Positions 58,587 to 64,000 of a stretch of DNA of 64,000 nt are shown here, in pieces. The position numbers and the translations under genes are program-made. Position 1 is the first letter of the stretch. Every line of letters starts with the position of its first letter. The notes below the pieces were generated by a model, which saw only the letters and a program-made list of their open reading frames with translations, was not told where the DNA came from and made no database searches. Source of the stretch: the human T2T-CHM13v2.0 reference genome, Homo sapiens; assembly GCF_009914755.1 (NCBI RefSeq), contig NC_060940.1. One strand, given 5' to 3'.

Positions 58587-60653
58587 CAGAATTTCAATAT
58601 TTGATGATTGAATCAAGTCATGTTAAACATGCAAAAGTACTTGCATTTTTAATTAGTTTTTTTTTTCTTGTTTCCTTCTCTTCCCAACTCAGGAAGAGGT
58701 AGAGTCCAGGGTGGATCAGCACAAGCAAAAGACACTTCCAAGGACTGTTTCTAAAACCCACTTTACTACATCCCAAAACAGGACAAATCTCATGCTAGCG
58801 ACTTTGGGGAAGCAAGTATAAGTTTAAATACACCTTTCTAACCTAAAAGACAGTGAATCTTAAATCACTACAATATCCACATTTTAACCTTTTTATTGAT
58901 TTCTTTGTTTTAGTCTGTAAGACAGTTTTTTTCTTATTTTTTAGGTTAGCTAGACTCTTTTATAATCTTTTAGTTTGTGATTTTAATGTTTTTGTTTGCT
59001 TTGTTTTGAGAACTGAATGACTTCTTACACTGTCTTTTTTATCTTCATCTGTTCGGATCATAAAAATGGTCTATAAGCCTAGATCCTCCAGTGAGAAGAA
59101 GCTCCATCTAAAGATGCTGGATCTGTGCACTGCCACAGGAAACATTATAAAGATCAGGTCATGTGATCCACAAGTCAGCTGTGAACACTCTTCTGTTCTC
59201 TTAAAATCGACTCAAGCCCCCAGTTTCATACTCAGCTGGAAAATTTAATCTCTGCTCCAACATTTCTGCTGATTTCAGCATCTTATATTCTTACAATTAC
59301 CTCTAATTCTAATTTATTGTTAATTTCGCCAAAACTTCACTCTGGGGATGCCAACAGAGATATGGATGTCAGAAACTTTTTTTCAATTTTCTGAGTCCAG
59401 AATTTACAAAAGGCATTTACTTAGGTATGAAACAGTCTTAAAGGAAGATTTGAGGTGATGAACGACTTCTACCCAGCCCACAACTTGAAAATTGATTTTT
59501 AGGCACACGTGATCTTAAAAATCCTTCAGCTATTTCTATTTATGATTTTTTTTTAATTGACCATTCCTGCCCCTTTTGCAGGATGCTTTCCTATGACTTT
59601 TCCCTATTCCTCTCCCTATTTCTCCCAAGCCAAATTTTCTGGGGTACATCCCTGGTCACTAATTCTTTGTATTATTTTCCTTACATTTTGGAAGCTTATT
59701 ATTAAGGTATTTTTCTTAAAAAAAGAAAAACCAGAATCACCTAAGAAGTATTTTTATCCTAGCTATAAAAATAACATTTTCACCTCTTTTCTACGGAGTG
59801 GAAGCTCCTTAGAAGAGAGGATTCGAATGAGTTTACCAGGGATTTAAAGAATCAAGACTACGGAGGTGAGGCCAAAAATACCAGCATATGAATAGCAATT
59901 GTACTTTGCATCTTTGTCTTTATTTGACAAGATGCCAAAGAAACCTTGAGAAACCTCAGTCTAGAAAGAGTTAGCATTACTCTGATCTATGCACACTCTC
60001 ATTCATTCATGCATGCTTTAAGCAAATAGTTGTTGAGGTCAAACTGTTGTCAAACACTCTTTTAGGTGTTGGAAATAGAGTAGCAAACAAGAGGGACACT
60101 TTCTCACTGGCTGTTTACTTTTGTAAGGAGAATGTAACTCACTCAATTTCTAGTCTCAAATGCTGTCACTTTCAAACAAAGATGGCCAAAATCAACAGAA
60201 AATGTGATGGTGTGCATTAACCAGCCCATTTTTGCTGTGTGAGTTCTCACCATTTCCTGGGCACATGGAACAGATTCTAGTTGAGAAAACATTCCCCTTC
60301 ATTCCGAATAGAAATATTAACTCTAATAATTACTAATACTTATGTAGTGTTTGCTTTATGAGTGTTTTACATTATTTCACTGCATTATTTAACTCACTTA
60401 GTCTTCACCACAAGCCAAAGAGGCAGGCATTATTTTTACCCCATTTTATGGATGAGAAAACTGAGGCAGAGAAGTCACCCAAGATAGTTACAAACCAAGA
60501 CAATTTGGCTCCAGAATTTATGTCCTTAACTGCCATGCTATTCAGCCTCTCTATGATTTTCACAAATAGCAATGCCAGGTGACTGCTGCGTTCAGTGATC
60601 CAACACAGAATTATCAGAGCACCAACGTCATGGGTTAAAATCTTGCAAAATCC

Positions 60654-61098
60654 TGTTCACAAAAGCAAAGACTTGGAACCAACACAAATGCCCATCAATG
60701 ATAGGCTGGATAAAGAAAATGTGGCACATATACACCTTGGAATACTATGCAGCCATAAAAAAGGATGAGTTCATGTCCTTTGCAAGGACATGGATGAGCC
60801 TGGAAACCATCATTCTCAGCAAACTAACATAAGAACAGAAAACCAAACACCGCATGTTCTCACTCATAAGTGGGAGTTGAACAATGAGAACACATGGACA
60901 CAGCGAGGGGAACATCACATACAGGGGCCTGTCAAGGGGTGGGGGGCTAGGGGAGGGATAGCATTAGGAAAAATACCTAATGTAGGTGACGGGTTGATGG
61001 GTGCAGCAAACCACCATGGCATGTGTATACCTACGTAACAAACCTGCACGTTCTGCACATGTATCCCAGAACTTAAAGTATAATAAAAAAATTTAAAA
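60654..61098 (+). mobile_element. L1PA (about PA7/8) 5'-truncated 3' end
   Basis: ggggctaggggagggatagcattagg...acttaaagtataataaaaaa; 17-bp TSD aaaatcttgcaaaatcc at a TT/AAAA endonuclease site. Confidence 0.93.
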
Positions 61099-61114
61099 AA
61101 AATCTTGCAAAATC

Positions 61115-61425
61115 CTTCAAGTGTCAGCCTGAACACCACTTTCAGAGAGCAGTCTTGTCCAGCTCTCATGCTTGGATCATTCCTGTTATCACACATTCTC
61201 ACTTCATCACATGCTCCTTGGTGACCTGTACTGTAATCAATAAGTAATTATTTGTGTAATTACTTCATCTCTGTCTCCTCAGCTAAAATGCAATCTCCAT
61301 GAGAACAGGGATCATGTCCCTCTTGTTAGCCACCCTATTTCCAATACCTACAAGAGTGTTTGACACATGGTTTGGCCTCAACAACTATTTGAATGAATGA
61401 ATGGATGCAAACATGAATGAATGAG
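61115..61425 (+). mobile_element. L2 3' end with (TGAA)n tail
   Basis: ctccatgagaacagggatcatgtc...tatttgaatgaatgaatg. Confidence 0.8.
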
Positions 61426-61462
61426 AGTATGCATAGATCAGAGTAATGCTAACTCCTTCCAG

Positions 61463-61610
61463 ACCAGGGTTTCTCAACCTGGACGCTATTGACATTTCAG
61501 GCCAGAGAATTTTTTGTTGTGAGAGCTGTTGTGTACACTGTAGAATGTTTAGCAGTGTCCCAGCCTCTACCCACAACCCCAGTTGTCACAACCCAAACTG
61601 TCCCCAACAT
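61463..61610. mobile_element. MER20
   Basis: ccagggtttctcaacct...ctattgacattt...tgtttagcagtgtcccagcctctacccac. Confidence 0.85.
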
Positions 61611-63557
61611 GCATGACTTTCTGATTGAATGAGAGGGTGACAGATGAACACAATGATATCTCTTATTCTAGGGAAACAGAGAATACAGCATTTTTGAAGG
61701 CTGAATTTTACTAATAAGACCAGCTTATTATAAAAATGTACTTTTGCAAATCACGTTCTTTGGGAACAAATATAGGAAGGAAGGTTTTATTTAAGAACGT
61801 AGATGTCTTATTTAATAATGACAGCTATCATTGTGAAGTACATATTATAAGCCTGTGTTATGCTAAGTGTTCTATATCATTATCATTTAGTTCTTATAAC
61901 AACTTGGTGGGTCACAGAGGCCCAGAGAACTTAGTAACTTGACCAGTATTCCATGAATGGTAAATAGGAGAACTGAGATTGGAACCTAGGTGGGTCTAGC
62001 GGATGGCAAAGCCTTTGCTGTCAGCCACCACGCTAAGAGTCCCTTAGTGATCTTAAAGTCTTGTTTTTGCAAACATTTCTGTATATGCTCTAAACCCCCA
62101 TCTATATTTATGAGAAGCCATCTGGAAGACAAATAGGGGTGCCTCCAGGTGTCCCAGGACCTGACACTTGCAGATATGTGCTGAATAACTGAATGATTAG
62201 AAAGGTCTTTCCCACTCCAAGTTTATTAAAATTAAGTTCCCATTATTTATGAAAGGATATGTCTATTTCTTATCTAATTCTTGTCCACATCTAAACAAAG
62301 AAGTTTCACCAAGTCTTCAGTCACTAGAGCTTCTGTAGACTCATGCCTTCCACACTTGCCCTTTAACCCAAAACCACTTGTTAAAATATTTCTCCTAAAA
62401 AAAAGATAGTCCCCTCCCTACGAAGGCAAATTCATAGTAAAATTCCCACCTCATATATATACATTCTTTAATTAGGTAGGGAATATTTTCCCTATTTTAC
62501 CAATGGGGAAAAAATGGAGCTGCACTTATTAGTAAAGGGATGGTCCAGAATGTTTCCTAAAGCCCATTAATAGATGCATATTTTTTTTCAGTAAATCCTT
62601 TTCTGTATTTCTAATGGAGACTATGAAAATGAGATATGAAGTCTTTCCCTAGCAATTCAGGCAGGATGATGCCTTCCGACTCTTTTTGTTTCCTTTTGGG
62701 TCATGTCTGATGCTCTGAAATTCTCTACCTGCCTGACTGTTGCTTCAAGACAGTGGGTGTGAGCCAAACAAATCTATCCAACCATTTGTTACATCCCAAA
62801 ATGGTACCAGTGAGATAGAAGGCCCCAGGTGATGGGGCCCCAGATGCAGATCTGAATATTCTATTCTAAGAAGAGCAGTGGAATAGATGGCCCCTATGAG
62901 GTTTTTGATGGAAACCCTGAAAAAACAAATCAAAATATAATAGCTCCTGCTGTCGGTCCCCTCCCCCTCCCCCCAAACCCTAGCCTGGAACTGGGAGGAT
63001 TTGAGTGGGCCACAAGAAAACAGATGGTGTCACCAGAAGAAAGGAACTTGTTGTCTGAGAGCGGCCTTTCGAGGCGTAATATGTTCTTTGAGGGACGTGT
63101 TTCTCTTGTGATGGAATCAACGCAGGCAGAACATGCTCTCTAAAGAGATCTTCTCTCTGAGTCCAATACTTCTCAAAGAAAGAAAACCGTAAAAGAATAC
63201 AAAGGCAGTGTCAATTTTCTGCTCTCCAGCTGCAAAAACTTGCACTTGAATGCGACCCAAGGATAGTTTTCGGAACTTGTGCAGTGTGGCTGAGTACTTT
63301 TTATAGGTTGCAAGAATCTGTGATATGTTTGATACCTGTTTGGATACTGGCGCCCCTTTTGGACAACAGGGTCATTGGAGGGAGAGGCTCTGGCTTGCTC
63401 ATTTTAGAATCCAAGTTACACTGAGCACAAGATCGGGCAAATACGACGTGCTTAAAAGGGAGAAAGGGTGAAGGCAGGGAGAGACGCCAGGTTTGTGGAA
63501 TCAGTATAGAAGACAGCCGCATCACCACCCCCTTCATTGCTACTTCAACCTTTAAAC

Positions 63558-64000
63558 TAGGGGTCCTAACCTTCTGTTGTGGCTTGGACCCCTTTGGCAG
63601 TCAGATGGAGCTCGTGGATACCTTCTCAGAATAACGTATTTTCAAAAATACATGAAATATGTTGCATTTCAAAGAAACTAATTACATTGAAAAATAGTTA
63701 TCAAAATATTTAATAAAACAAACGTGTGAAATGGTAATGAATGAGCTTTTTTATTAACACATTAAATAAAAAGATCCAATGGCATGTGTAAAGACTTCAT
63801 AATTATGAAACAGCAATAAGGGTAAATGATATTTTGAAATACCTGCAGCACTTGTAATGTGATAATTACTTGTGGTTTCTATTGGGGACACAGTACCAGC
63901 GACATCACCACTGCTGTGGTTTATTCCGTCACTCCTAATTGAGGGGCATGCCAAATTTCAGTTAGATGTTCGTGAGAATGAAGACACATTTTATTTTTTC
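63558..64000. mobile_element. hAT-Charlie (Charlie4a-like), runs off the window end
   Basis: ggacccctttggcagtc...ccttctcagaataa...gttatcaaaatatt...aaatttcagttaga. Confidence 0.7.

Overview
Primate (very likely human) non-coding DNA, intergenic or deep intronic. I find no supportable protein-coding exon, RNA gene, CpG island or CRISPR array. The listed ORFs are short and nearly all are translations of Alu, L1, LTR or microsatellite sequence. The window is a mosaic of about 25 Alus, old L1 fragments, L2/MIR relics, solo LTRs (MLT1, MLT2A, MST/THE1, MER4A, MER41B, LTR33) and fossil DNA transposons (MER5A, MER20, MER53, MER58A, MER81/MER45A, MER82, Tigger2, MADE1, Charlie). Family names come from my recall of consensus sequences, not a RepeatMasker run, so subfamily labels and edges without TSDs are approximate. 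The most notable structures are: (1) two locally templated insertions that look like DNA-repair scars, namely a 160-bp copy of 7535-7694 (158/160 identical) inside the TA microsatellite of an MLT2A LTR, and a 64-bp copy of 61414-61477 plus fold-back hairpins inside a MER82; (2) a full-length MER41B LTR with two intact GAS (STAT) motifs; (3) a multi-layer transposon nest at 10.7-12.6 kb; and (4) two repeat-free islands with developmental TF motif clusters. I do not see evidence for a new gene-encoded system.
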